Below are positions 1-10,058 of a stretch of DNA of 47,427 bases, piece by piece. Each line of letters starts with the position of its first letter. Position 1 is the stretch's first letter. Origin of the DNA: a bacterium (lineage in GTDB: Bacteria > Krumholzibacteriota > Krumholzibacteriia > G020349025); the NCBI GenBank assembly GCA_031362565.1, contig JANLSU010000053.1, forward strand, positions 1 to 47,427, written 5' to 3'. A program made the translations under genes and the position numbers. The notes beneath the pieces were generated by a model that was not told where the DNA came from, did not search any database, and saw only the letters and a list, made by a program, of their open reading frames with translations.

Positions 1-151
1 GCTCAAACCAGGGCGTGAGCTGCGTCGCAAGACGTTTCGTGACATCTCGCCACCGCGACAACCGCAAGCAGATCACCGATTCCCGGTCGCGACCGGCGGG
101 AAACGCCTGCCCACTCGCCGTTACTGGGACAGGCTCCTAGGCCGGGCCGTC

Positions 152-1231
152 TCAGTGATGGTTCGGATCCGAAATCACGAGATCTCCGACGTATATGGAG
201 TCCTCGGCTACGTTCTCGTAGGCGAGACTGTATCCCGTCCGCGAAGTTGCGACGGATCTGCCTTGTGGGGCGTGCTCGATCGGTACACGCCAGGTGGCCT
301 CGATATTTGCGGCATACAGCGTGATACTCAACAGATCCCCGCTACTGTCGTCGCGCTCGCAGAGCCCAATGACGTAGCGGGCGTCTGCAGTCGCCGCCTT
401 CGGAAGAAACGGGGGGTCCTCGCAGGGAAAGAACCGAGTGAGTACCCGACCTTCACGATCGACAACAGCGCTTTCTGGACAATCATACACCGGCAGCCAG
501 GCGACAAAGCGCTGGCCGTCCGCAAACACGTTGGTGGCAATTCGAATCGGTCCCAATTGACCTGGGTTCGAGTAGTCGAATGTGCCTTCTGCCTCCGGCG
601 AGGTCTGAAACCAGTGATGCCTATCTTGGAGAATCGGGGGAGCCCGGCGGTCCACCAGGAAGACCAGGTTGGTCCGGTCGGGGAACGGTCCAGGATTCGA
701 GCTCGCCCATTCAACGGGGGGTGCAAGACTACGCCGCTGCACGTCTTGAATGTCCCACCAGTAGATCCGACCGTTCGCACCCCAGATCCCCCAATTCACC
801 TCAGTCCGTGCCAGAACGACCCGCGGCAGCGCGCCCGTCTGCACGGGAAACGCCACCAGCGAATACAATTCGGTCGTGTAGTCCGCTGGCGCCTGCGACA
901 TGCACAACACCCAGTCGGAAGCGGGCGACCAAGTGATCACACGCGATAAATCACCGGCATGAATCTTGATCGGCAGGCCATTCGCTTGCGTCGCGTCGTA
1001 GACAAGCAGGTCATAGTTCACACCGTTCCATCGCTGGTATGCGAATCGCCTCCCGCTAGGAGACCACACGCCTTCATAATTGCTGGTCGCGAATTCCCCG
1101 GGGAGCGTCGCCAGTCGCACAAACGAGACTAGCGGCTGCGGAAGGATCGGGACAACAGGATCATCCCCACCACATCGGGCCGTCAGAACCACTCCGATCG
1201 CCCCACGAGTCAAGAGCCGTCGAACTCGCAT
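152..1231 (-). CDS. TolB-like/PD40 beta-propeller protein, putative lipoprotein
   Basis: 359-aa ORF. N-terminal MRVRRLL plus hydrophobic stretch and CGGDD; PD40-like repeats WSPSGRRFAY and WSPASDWV. Visibly less GC-rich than the rest of the window. Confidence 0.65.
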   Translation of the reverse strand: MRVRRLLTRGAIGVVLTARCGGDDPVVPILPQPLVSFVRLATLPGEFATSNYEGVWSPSGRRFAYQRWNGVNYDLLVYDATQANGLPIKIHAGDLSRVITWSPASDWVLCMSQAPADYTTELYSLVAFPVQTGALPRVVLARTEVNWGIWGANGRIYWWDIQDVQRRSLAPPVEWASSNPGPFPDRTNLVFLVDRRAPPILQDRHHWFQTSPEAEGTFDYSNPGQLGPIRIATNVFADGQRFVAWLPVYDCPESAVVDREGRVLTRFFPCEDPPFLPKAATADARYVIGLCERDDSSGDLLSITLYAANIEATWRVPIEHAPQGRSVATSRTGYSLAYENVAEDSIYVGDLVISDPNHH

Positions 1232-1362
1232 GTCGCACTCCGCGGCCTCAGCGCACCATCACGAATTTCTTCGTAACAGGCGGCTGCGAATTAATCAAGT
1301 GAAGTGCCTCCCAACTAAAGGATAGGTCCAGGCACAGTGGATGTCTATTTTCGCCGGTCGAA

Positions 1363-1391
1363 TTGACTCGGGCCTCCTTGGGGCCTAGAAT
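1363..1391 (+). promoter_or_regulatory. sigma70-type promoter of the secreted protein gene at 1445
   Basis: TTGACT-17 nt-TAGAAT. Confidence 0.65.
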
Positions 1392-1444
1392 CACGCATAG
1401 ACCACCGAGCATCCCGCCAATCGCGGCACCGAAGGGGGTCACCC

Positions 1445-3094
1445 ATGCGACACGTTCTTGGAATCCAGTCGATTCTCGCCGGTCTGCTGGTCCTGGCGAC
1501 GCCCATCCAGGCCGCCCAAGCGGGGGGCGGATGCGACCCGGCTGCGGCTACGAGCCCATCCCTCGGTCTCTTTGCGGATGCTGCGGGTACGCAAACCTGC
1601 GCGACCCTCGCGCCGGGCACGCTCACGACCCTTTTCCTCTACGCGTTTCCACGTGGCGACGTGGCGGACGGCATCAGCGGAGTCGAATTTCGCATCGTCG
1701 TGACCCATCCCGCCGGCTATCTGTTCTCATACACAGCACCCGCCGGAGCGGCGCTGACGTTCGGCGACCCGGTCGACGCTCTGCCGGACGACCAACTCGA
1801 CCCGGTTGGCCTCAACGTCGCTTTTTCGAACTGCCAACCCGGAGCGCGACTGCCCATGGGAACTCTCACGGTGATCAACCTCGGGAACGGCGGACCAACG
1901 GAACTGCGCGTGCAGCGGCGTGACCCGGCTGCGAACACCAGCTTCAATGCTCCACTTGTCGTGGGGTGCGACGAACCCTTTTTCTCCAAGACCTGTTTAC
2001 GCGCCTGCAGCTTCGACGAGCACGGTAGTGTCATTGCTGCACGCTTGCACCTCAACGACCCCCTCTGTGATCCGGCCGTCGACTGTCCTCCCGCGTGTGC
2101 GAGCGCCAACTGTGTAAGTCTATCCGCCGCCTCGTTCGTGATGGGGTGTATTGGCGAACCATTCACGGTGACCGGCACGGCGACGAACTGCAGCCAAAGC
2201 ATCGAGGACATCGACGTATTCGTCGAACACGCCCTCGCCGGGCACTTCACCGGGGTGGCTCCAGGGCAACACGTCGTCGCGTCGCGCACCTACACACTGC
2301 AGAACTGCCGGAGCGCGAGCATCGACATCGGAGCGCTGGCGCGATCGCACGGCTGCCTCTCTCCAGCCGGAGCGGAAATTGCCCGCGATCCAGTGTGCAC
2401 GTCCTGTGGTGTGAACACGCCACCGGACTGCAGCAACGCCGCGCTTTCGGTCAGCACCCTGTGGCCCCCGGATGGCCGCATGGTGCCGATCGAAGTGGGT
2501 GGAGTCGTCGATCCCGACGGTGGACCGATCGCATACGAAATCCAAGCCATCCTGTCCGACGAACCTGCGGGCCGGGCAAATTCCGCGCTGTGTCCTGATG
2601 CCTTGATCGACGGTCCCACGTCGTTCCGCCTGCGGGCGGAGCGCCAAAGCAACGGTGATGGCCGTGTGTACCGGTTGTTTCTTCGGGCCGCCGACACGCG
2701 CGGCGCGGAGTGCAACAGTACGATGGACGTGTGCGTCCCGCGCAAGCCGGGGGTCCTCTGCGGTTCCGAAGATCGGCTGGTGTACTCGGCGACGGCCTGC
2801 GAATCCTCACCACTCGGGAACCGCCGCGGCGGCGTCGTAGCATACCCTGCCAGTGCCGGTGCGTTGGACGTCATCGTCGAGGACATCGACGGACAAGAAG
2901 CACGCGTCGAAGTCTTCGACGTTCGCGGCCGCCGGGTCGCTTTGCTGGCGCAGAGCCGGTTCGGCGCCGGGCGCCATGTACTCCACTGGAACGGCACCGA
3001 TACCGCAGGTCACGCCGTGGCGGCGGGCATCTACGTGGTGCGAGTCCGCGCCGGCACAACCGAGATCACCACCAAGGCGGCGCTGCTGCGCTGA
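1445..3094 (+). CDS. Secreted Cys-rich multidomain protein with C-terminal FlgD-Ig/T9SS-type sorting domain
   Basis: Signal peptide ending AAQA; many paired Cys; LWPP...LRAERQSNGDGRVY Ig-like module; C-terminal VFDVRGRRV...WNGTD..G..VAAGIYVVR motif. SD GAAGGGG upstream. Confidence 0.8.
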   Translation: MRHVLGIQSILAGLLVLATPIQAAQAGGGCDPAAATSPSLGLFADAAGTQTCATLAPGTLTTLFLYAFPRGDVADGISGVEFRIVVTHPAGYLFSYTAPAGAALTFGDPVDALPDDQLDPVGLNVAFSNCQPGARLPMGTLTVINLGNGGPTELRVQRRDPAANTSFNAPLVVGCDEPFFSKTCLRACSFDEHGSVIAARLHLNDPLCDPAVDCPPACASANCVSLSAASFVMGCIGEPFTVTGTATNCSQSIEDIDVFVEHALAGHFTGVAPGQHVVASRTYTLQNCRSASIDIGALARSHGCLSPAGAEIARDPVCTSCGVNTPPDCSNAALSVSTLWPPDGRMVPIEVGGVVDPDGGPIAYEIQAILSDEPAGRANSALCPDALIDGPTSFRLRAERQSNGDGRVYRLFLRAADTRGAECNSTMDVCVPRKPGVLCGSEDRLVYSATACESSPLGNRRGGVVAYPASAGALDVIVEDIDGQEARVEVFDVRGRRVALLAQSRFGAGRHVLHWNGTDTAGHAVAAGIYVVRVRAGTTEITTKAALLR

Positions 3095-3214
3095 TATGAG
3101 CGCAACAACGGCTGCCGTCACCGGCTCCATCGGACGCCAACGCCGCGTGAACAACACGTCATGTGGTTTTCACCTCGGCTTCATCCGTGGCGTGCTACTC
3201 CTTGCATCGACTTT

Positions 3215-3271
3215 GAGAGTCCCGGGGGTCGCTGATTACGGATGATCGGGCACTCGGGACTCTCTTCTTTT
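3215..3271 (+). terminator. Long hairpin plus U-tract (terminator or attenuator) upstream of the OmpA gene
   Basis: GAGAGTCCCGGG (3215-3226) pairs with CTCGGGACTCTC (3253-3264); inner stem CTGATTA-CGGA-TGATCGG; followed by TTCTTTT. Confidence 0.55.
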
Positions 3272-3310
3272 GAATCGAAGCACTTCGAAGAGGATCGACC
3301 CGCTCCAACG

Positions 3311-4810
3311 ATGAGAGAATCCGCCGTGATCCACGCGCGCGTTGTTGCCTCGACACTCGCCCTAGGCATTCTTCTCGCCCACGGCGCAGCATCGGCACAA
3401 TCCTTCCCGACCTTCGGCAACATCGAAGCCCGGCTCGGCGTCGCCCATCCGGTCAAAGCGAAGCCCGGATTTTCCCAGGCGCTCGAGTCCGACTTGGGGT
3501 ATTTGGGTGCGCCGGTGGTGCGCGCCATTGCCGGACTGTCGCATTTCACCGCCAACATCGACCGGCGCACGGCTGCCGGTCCGGCCTCCGGATCGCTTGC
3601 GGCATGGGGCGCCCACGGCGGAATCCGCCTCGATCCCTGGGGCGGCCGCCTGGTTGCGCCGTATCTGATTGCGGTCTTGGCCGCCCAGAGCGTGCAAGCG
3701 AAAGCATCCGATCCCGCCGTCAAGGAACTCGTCGACGGATTCAATGTCGGGGCAGGATTCGGTGGTGGGGTGGCGGTTGCAATCAACTCGGCACGCACCA
3801 TCGCTGCGACGGGTGACATCCGGCGCGTGTTCATTTCGGACGCCGGCCAATGGACGTACGAAGTGGGGGTGCGCTACATGCCGCGCGGTCCCGACGCCTA
3901 TGCCGCCGATCTCAGCCGCGAATTGTTCCGCAATGCACAGTTGCGCCGTGACGATGAGACGCTGCGCCTGCAGCGCGAAAACGACACACTGCGCTTGCGC
4001 CGCGACGAAGAAGCCCAACGCTTGCGAGCTGCCGCCGCAGCGCCGGCGCCGGCAGCCGCAGCGGTCGCGGCGCCGACGTCCGAATCCGACCGGCTCAAAG
4101 CCGAGCGCGAGCGATTGGAGGCCGAGCGGCTGCGTTTCGAGCAGGATCGGCTCGAGGCCGAGCGGAAACGCGGCGAGGAATCGCGCCTCGCCGACGAACG
4201 CGCCAAAGGCGCGCAGCAGGCGAATGTGCTCCGCGCGCAAGCGGATTCCTTGGAAGCGGCACGCCAGCGGGAAGCGACGGCGCGTGCGGCCGCTGAACGC
4301 ACGGCGCGGATCGCGACCGCGCGAGCCGATTCCATCATCGCCGCGCAGCGACGCAAGACCTCGGACGAAGCGGACCTCTACAAGGCGTTCCAGGATCTCG
4401 ACACGGGGAGCCCCACCGGCGCGACAATTCGTGACACCGAGCGCGGCCTGGTGATCGTGCTGGGGCAGGGTCAATTCGCAACCGGGCGCGCCCCATTGCT
4501 GCCCGCCGGACGCGCCGAGATCGAGCGCATCGCGGCAGTTCTGAAGCGTGTTCCCGACCGCCACTTGCTCGTGGCCGGTCACACGGACGCCAGAGGTGCA
4601 GAGAGCGCCAATCAGAAATTGTCCGAGCAGCGCGCGCAAGCAGTTGCCGCGGCACTCGCCACGGCCGGCATCGACCCCGGCCGCATCGAGAACGTCGGCT
4701 ATGGTTCATCGCAGCCACTGGCCGACAACACGACCGTTGCCGGACGCGATCGCAACCGGCGCGTCGAGATCGTCGTGCTCGGACTCCGTCCTCACGCCGC
4801 TGGACAGTAG
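3311..4810 (+). CDS. OmpA family protein (N-terminal beta-barrel, coiled-coil linker, C-terminal peptidoglycan-binding domain)
   Basis: Signal peptide ASA-Q; amphipathic strands ending YEVGVRY; R/E/A-rich coil; OmpA_C motifs GHTD, NQKLSEQRA, GYG..P, NRRVEI. Start uncertain (3242, 3311 or 3326). Confidence 0.9.
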   Translation: MRESAVIHARVVASTLALGILLAHGAASAQSFPTFGNIEARLGVAHPVKAKPGFSQALESDLGYLGAPVVRAIAGLSHFTANIDRRTAAGPASGSLAAWGAHGGIRLDPWGGRLVAPYLIAVLAAQSVQAKASDPAVKELVDGFNVGAGFGGGVAVAINSARTIAATGDIRRVFISDAGQWTYEVGVRYMPRGPDAYAADLSRELFRNAQLRRDDETLRLQRENDTLRLRRDEEAQRLRAAAAAPAPAAAAVAAPTSESDRLKAERERLEAERLRFEQDRLEAERKRGEESRLADERAKGAQQANVLRAQADSLEAARQREATARAAAERTARIATARADSIIAAQRRKTSDEADLYKAFQDLDTGSPTGATIRDTERGLVIVLGQGQFATGRAPLLPAGRAEIERIAAVLKRVPDRHLLVAGHTDARGAESANQKLSEQRAQAVAAALATAGIDPGRIENVGYGSSQPLADNTTVAGRDRNRRVEIVVLGLRPHAAGQ

Positions 4811-4833
4811 GGCAGCGATCCCCCGCTCGCCCC

Positions 4834-4876
4834 AAGAGAAGCCGCTGGAGGCCCCGCTCCGGCGGTTTCTCTTTTT
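4834..4876 (+). terminator. Rho-independent terminator after the OmpA gene
   Basis: 17-bp stem AAGAGAAGCCGCTGGAG / CTCCGGCGGTTTCTCTT with two G-U pairs, 6-nt loop, T-run. Confidence 0.85.
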
Positions 4877-4941
4877 CCCACGGCGCAGTACTATGACGCG
4901 GGCGGCGCGACTTCTTGCAGTGCAATTGAATGGAGGCTCCA

Positions 4942-5673
4942 ATGGCGACGACCAACACGCAGTCGGGGACGCGGATCGACGAGATCGCAGCGGGCATCTA
5001 CCGCATCAGCACGCCGGTCCCGCCGAGCGCCATACCGGGTGGCTTCACGTTCAACCAATATCTCGTTGTGGACGACGAACCCGCGCTCTTTCACACCGGA
5101 CCGCGAAAAATGTTTCCGCTGGTGCGCGAAGCGATCGCTGCGGTCATGCCCGTCGAGCGGCTGCGTTGGATTGGTTTCTCGCACATCGAAGCCGACGAGT
5201 GTGGCAGCCTGAACGAATTCCTCGCGGCGGCGCCGCACGCCGCACCACTTTGCGGCCGGATCGCGGCCCTCGTGTCGATCAACGACATTGCGGACCGGCC
5301 GGCGCGCGCCCTCGGCGATGGCGAGACCCTCTCGCTGGGTCGCAAGAGCCTCACCTGGATCGATGCCCCACACGTGCCACATGGCTGGGAGTGCGGCTAC
5401 TTATTCGAGAGCACCACACGTACGTTGCTCTGCGGCGATCTCTTCACCCAAGGCGGCGCGGAGCATGCGCCGGTGACGGATCGTGACGTTCTCGAGCCTA
5501 GCGAGGCGTTCCGCAAGGCGATGGACTACCACTCGCATTCGCAGAACACCGGCGCGATTCTCCAGCGTATCGCTGCGACCGAACCGGCGACGCTGGCGTG
5601 CATGCACGGCAGTGCGTGGCAAGGCGACGGCGCGAAACTGATTCGCGAACTGGCCGTGGCGTTGACGCGCTGA
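4942..5673 (+). CDS. MBL-fold di-iron protein (FprA N-terminal/ODP-like), no flavodoxin domain
   Basis: FTFNQYL, HTGP, SHIEADECG, PHVPHGWE, CGDLF and CMHG motifs; SD GGAGG at 4932-4936. Confidence 0.85.
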   Translation: MATTNTQSGTRIDEIAAGIYRISTPVPPSAIPGGFTFNQYLVVDDEPALFHTGPRKMFPLVREAIAAVMPVERLRWIGFSHIEADECGSLNEFLAAAPHAAPLCGRIAALVSINDIADRPARALGDGETLSLGRKSLTWIDAPHVPHGWECGYLFESTTRTLLCGDLFTQGGAEHAPVTDRDVLEPSEAFRKAMDYHSHSQNTGAILQRIAATEPATLACMHGSAWQGDGAKLIRELAVALTR

Positions 5674-5694
5674 GACGGTGCCAAGTCCCGAAGG

Positions 5695-6978
5695 TTATTC
5701 GTAGCGCAGCGCGTCCACCGGGTCGAGGCGCGCCGCTTTGACTGCCGGGTAGATCCCAAAGAAGAGCCCGACGCTCGTCGCGACCGAAACGCCGAGCAGG
5801 ACCGCCCACGGCGGCACGAAGGCCGGCAAGCTCGGCATCAGATTGCGGATCGCAAAGCTGATGAGCGCGCCGCCCAGCACGCCGACCACCCCGCCCACCA
5901 AGGTCAGCACCATCGCTTCGATCAGGAACTGGCCGATGATGGCGCGCCGGGTGGCGCCGAGCGCCTTGCGCACCCCGATCTCGCGCGTCCGTTCGGTGAC
6001 CGAAACCAGCATGATATTCATCACGCCGACGCCGCCGACCAAGAGGCCGACGCTGCTCAAGGTCATCGTCACGAGCGCGACTACACCGACGATCGCATGG
6101 AATTCGCGGATGATCGACTCCGCGGTGTTGTAGCTGAAGGTGTCTTCCTTGTCGTAGGGCACCTTGCGGCTCCGGCGGAGTGCCGTGCGGGCCTCGTCGA
6201 CCGCGTCGGGAAGCCGTCCCGGGAACGCCTCGATGCGAATCCCGTGTTGGTCGTCGGACGGAAACGCCTTGCGGAACGTCCAGTAGGGGACGACGGCGCG
6301 CCGGTCTTCGCCGCCTGCACCCGGAGGACCCAGCGCACCATTGGGTTTCTCGAGAACTCCGATGACGTAGAACCCGTGGCCGTCCACCATGATCTCCTTG
6401 CCGATTGCATCGAGGGCCCCGAACAAGCCGCTCGCCAAGTCGGCGCCGACGACGATGACGTTCACGCGGTGCAGGTTCTCCGCCGCGGTGAACGGCCGGC
6501 CCTGCTTGATCACGGCGTTCGCATACACCGAGAAGAACTCCTCGGTGGCGCCACGGAAGTCCAACCCAACGACTTCCTCACCCTTGTAGCGGGCGCGGCT
6601 GACATCCTGGCTGCTGAAAACCGATACCGTGGCGTTGGCGCAGTCGGTGCACGCTTCACGCACCGCGAGGAAGTCGGCAAAGTCGAGTTTCTTGCGAGTG
6701 CGAAGCTCTTTGTTCATGCGGCCGACCCGGGGCCCGCTCGGCAAGTGCGAGAAGAACGCCGTGTTGGTGCCGAAGCTCTGGATGCCTTGCTGAATGTTGC
6801 GGTCGAATCCCACCAGGATGGCGACGACGGTGATGAGCGTCGTCACCGCCACGATGATCCCTAGCACGGCGAGTCCCGAGCGCATCTTGTGGGTGCGGAG
6901 CGTGTCGAGCGCCATCCACACGGTTTCGCGCCCGCCACCGTACGAACGCATCGTCGTCAGTGTGTCACGTAAAGCCAT
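5695..6978 (-). CDS. MacB/FtsX-family ABC transporter permease
   Basis: RSGLAVLGI TM1; GVMNIMLVSVTERTREIGVRKALGA; ends AARLDPVDALRYE; no Walker motifs. Confidence 0.93.
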   Translation of the reverse strand: MALRDTLTTMRSYGGGRETVWMALDTLRTHKMRSGLAVLGIIVAVTTLITVVAILVGFDRNIQQGIQSFGTNTAFFSHLPSGPRVGRMNKELRTRKKLDFADFLAVREACTDCANATVSVFSSQDVSRARYKGEEVVGLDFRGATEEFFSVYANAVIKQGRPFTAAENLHRVNVIVVGADLASGLFGALDAIGKEIMVDGHGFYVIGVLEKPNGALGPPGAGGEDRRAVVPYWTFRKAFPSDDQHGIRIEAFPGRLPDAVDEARTALRRSRKVPYDKEDTFSYNTAESIIREFHAIVGVVALVTMTLSSVGLLVGGVGVMNIMLVSVTERTREIGVRKALGATRRAIIGQFLIEAMVLTLVGGVVGVLGGALISFAIRNLMPSLPAFVPPWAVLLGVSVATSVGLFFGIYPAVKAARLDPVDALRYE

Positions 6979-6981
6979 CCG

Positions 6982-8280
<1,299 letters not shown>

Positions 8281-8311
8281 GTTCGCTCCAACTCCCCGGA
8301 CTGGCCCAACA

Positions 8312-9739
8312 TCACTTGGCGGGCTTGTTCTCTTCCGCCTTCACCTTGCGCACCCGGGCAAGATGCTTCAGTTCCCGCAGCACCTTGTAGCTGCCGGTGA
8401 CGATGGACTCGCCATCTTTCAGTCCGTCGAGGACTTCGATGTCCGTCACGCCGGTGATGCCGGTCTTCACGGGACGAAAGTGGGCCCGGCCGCCTTCGAA
8501 TACGAACACCCCTTGCACTTCTTTCTTGCCGGCGGCAGTAGCTTCGGGCCCGGCGTTCGCTTTCGCCGCCTCGGCGGCCTTGGCTTCGCCGCCCTTGGCG
8601 CCCTTGTTCTTGCCGCCGGTCTTTTCGGCCGCATCGATGTCGGCCTGGCGGCGCATCGTCAACGCCTGGATCGGAATGGCGAGCGCCTTGTCGCGGCTCG
8701 CAGTCGTGATGCGCACCGTGGCGGAAAGGCCCGGCCGCACGCCGGGGGGCGGTTTGCTGAGTGAAATGACGACTTTGAAGTCCTTCGCCTCTTGGCTGCC
8801 GCTCGTCAACTGCGTCGTGGATTGGCCCGTCGAACGCAGGAGAGCGGTCGTGCCGATCTCGGTCACGCTGCCATGGAAGACGCTGTCGGGATACGCATCG
8901 ATCATCACCTCGGCCGGCTCGCCGTTCTTCACGCCGAGCACATCCGATTCGTCGACGCGAACTTCCGCCGTGACCCCCGACATGTCGGCGACGGTCATGA
9001 GAAAGCTTCCCGGGCTGTTTTGGATGCCCGGCACCATCTGCTCGCCGACATGCACCGGCAGGCTCGTCACGATGCCGTCGATGGGCGACGTATAAATCGT
9101 TTTCTTGAGCTCGTCTTGTGAACGGCTCAAGCCGGCTTCCGTTTCCTTGAGTTGCGAGCTGCTGCGATCCAGTTCCGCATCGGCCTGGTTGACGTGCGCT
9201 TGGGCCACTTCGACCGCGGCCTTGGCGCTCTCGAAACCACTCTTGCGCGTATCGAACTCGGAGGTCGGAATGAGGCCGCGGCCGGAAAGTTGCTCGGCGC
9301 GATCCCAGTCGAGCTTGGCGCGCTCGAAGTCGGCGCGCGCCCGCGCCAGTTCCGCGGCCGTGGTGCGTTGATTGGCCGCCGCCGCGACCACGGCCGACTG
9401 CGCCGATCGCACCATGGCGTTCTGGGCCGCCACACCGGCCGTCGGCTGAACGGCCTCCATGCGAAGCAGCACTTGCCCGTGCTGGACGGTCTGCCCCTCG
9501 GCCACCTCGATGGCGATGATTTTCCCAAAGGTCTGCGAGGTGATGTTCACGAACTCTCGCGGCCGGATCTCGCCCGAGGCGCTGACGACGGACGTTAGAC
9601 TTTGACGTGTCACGTCGCCGACTTGGACGGCGATCGCCTGACCTTTCTTCGAGTTGGTGGCAATGATCGCGATGATGGCCAGCAGCAGGCCGGCGGCAAC
9701 GGCGAAAATGGTCTTGTGGCGGCGTGTCACTCTCGGCAC
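8312..9739 (-). CDS. Periplasmic adaptor (MacA/HlyD-type membrane fusion protein)
   Basis: N-terminal TM anchor; lipoyl halves GKIIAIEVAEGQTV and SPIDGIV around an alpha-hairpin; VDESD; C-terminal VKTG..IEVLDGL..G. Start set to GTG 9739 after SD AGGGAG. Confidence 0.92.
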   Translation of the reverse strand: MPRVTRRHKTIFAVAAGLLLAIIAIIATNSKKGQAIAVQVGDVTRQSLTSVVSASGEIRPREFVNITSQTFGKIIAIEVAEGQTVQHGQVLLRMEAVQPTAGVAAQNAMVRSAQSAVVAAAANQRTTAAELARARADFERAKLDWDRAEQLSGRGLIPTSEFDTRKSGFESAKAAVEVAQAHVNQADAELDRSSSQLKETEAGLSRSQDELKKTIYTSPIDGIVTSLPVHVGEQMVPGIQNSPGSFLMTVADMSGVTAEVRVDESDVLGVKNGEPAEVMIDAYPDSVFHGSVTEIGTTALLRSTGQSTTQLTSGSQEAKDFKVVISLSKPPPGVRPGLSATVRITTASRDKALAIPIQALTMRRQADIDAAEKTGGKNKGAKGGEAKAAEAAKANAGPEATAAGKKEVQGVFVFEGGRAHFRPVKTGITGVTDIEVLDGLKDGESIVTGSYKVLRELKHLARVRKVKAEENKPAK

Positions 9740-10058
9740 ACAGGCTCCCTTGCTGGCTCGTGGAACCCCGCCTGCCTCCGGGCCAGCGCGAGTGGCGTGG
9801 CTGCAGCAGGGTGGCATCGCGGTCGAGCCCACCGATGGTAGCCCAGGCCCGATCCACCGCCCAGGCGGGGCGCGGGCGCGCCCCGCCGAGCGGGCGCAAC
9901 GGGGCAAGGTCGACGGTGGTGCTGATCCAGGCTGCCAAGCCCAATACGCGGCAAGGCCGCTCCAGGATCCACGGGTTCCATGCCTCGAGGCGGCCGGGGG
10001 CGAGCTGTGGCAGAATCCGGCCCGGCCTCAGACGGCCTCATCCAAGGGCAGTTCTACG

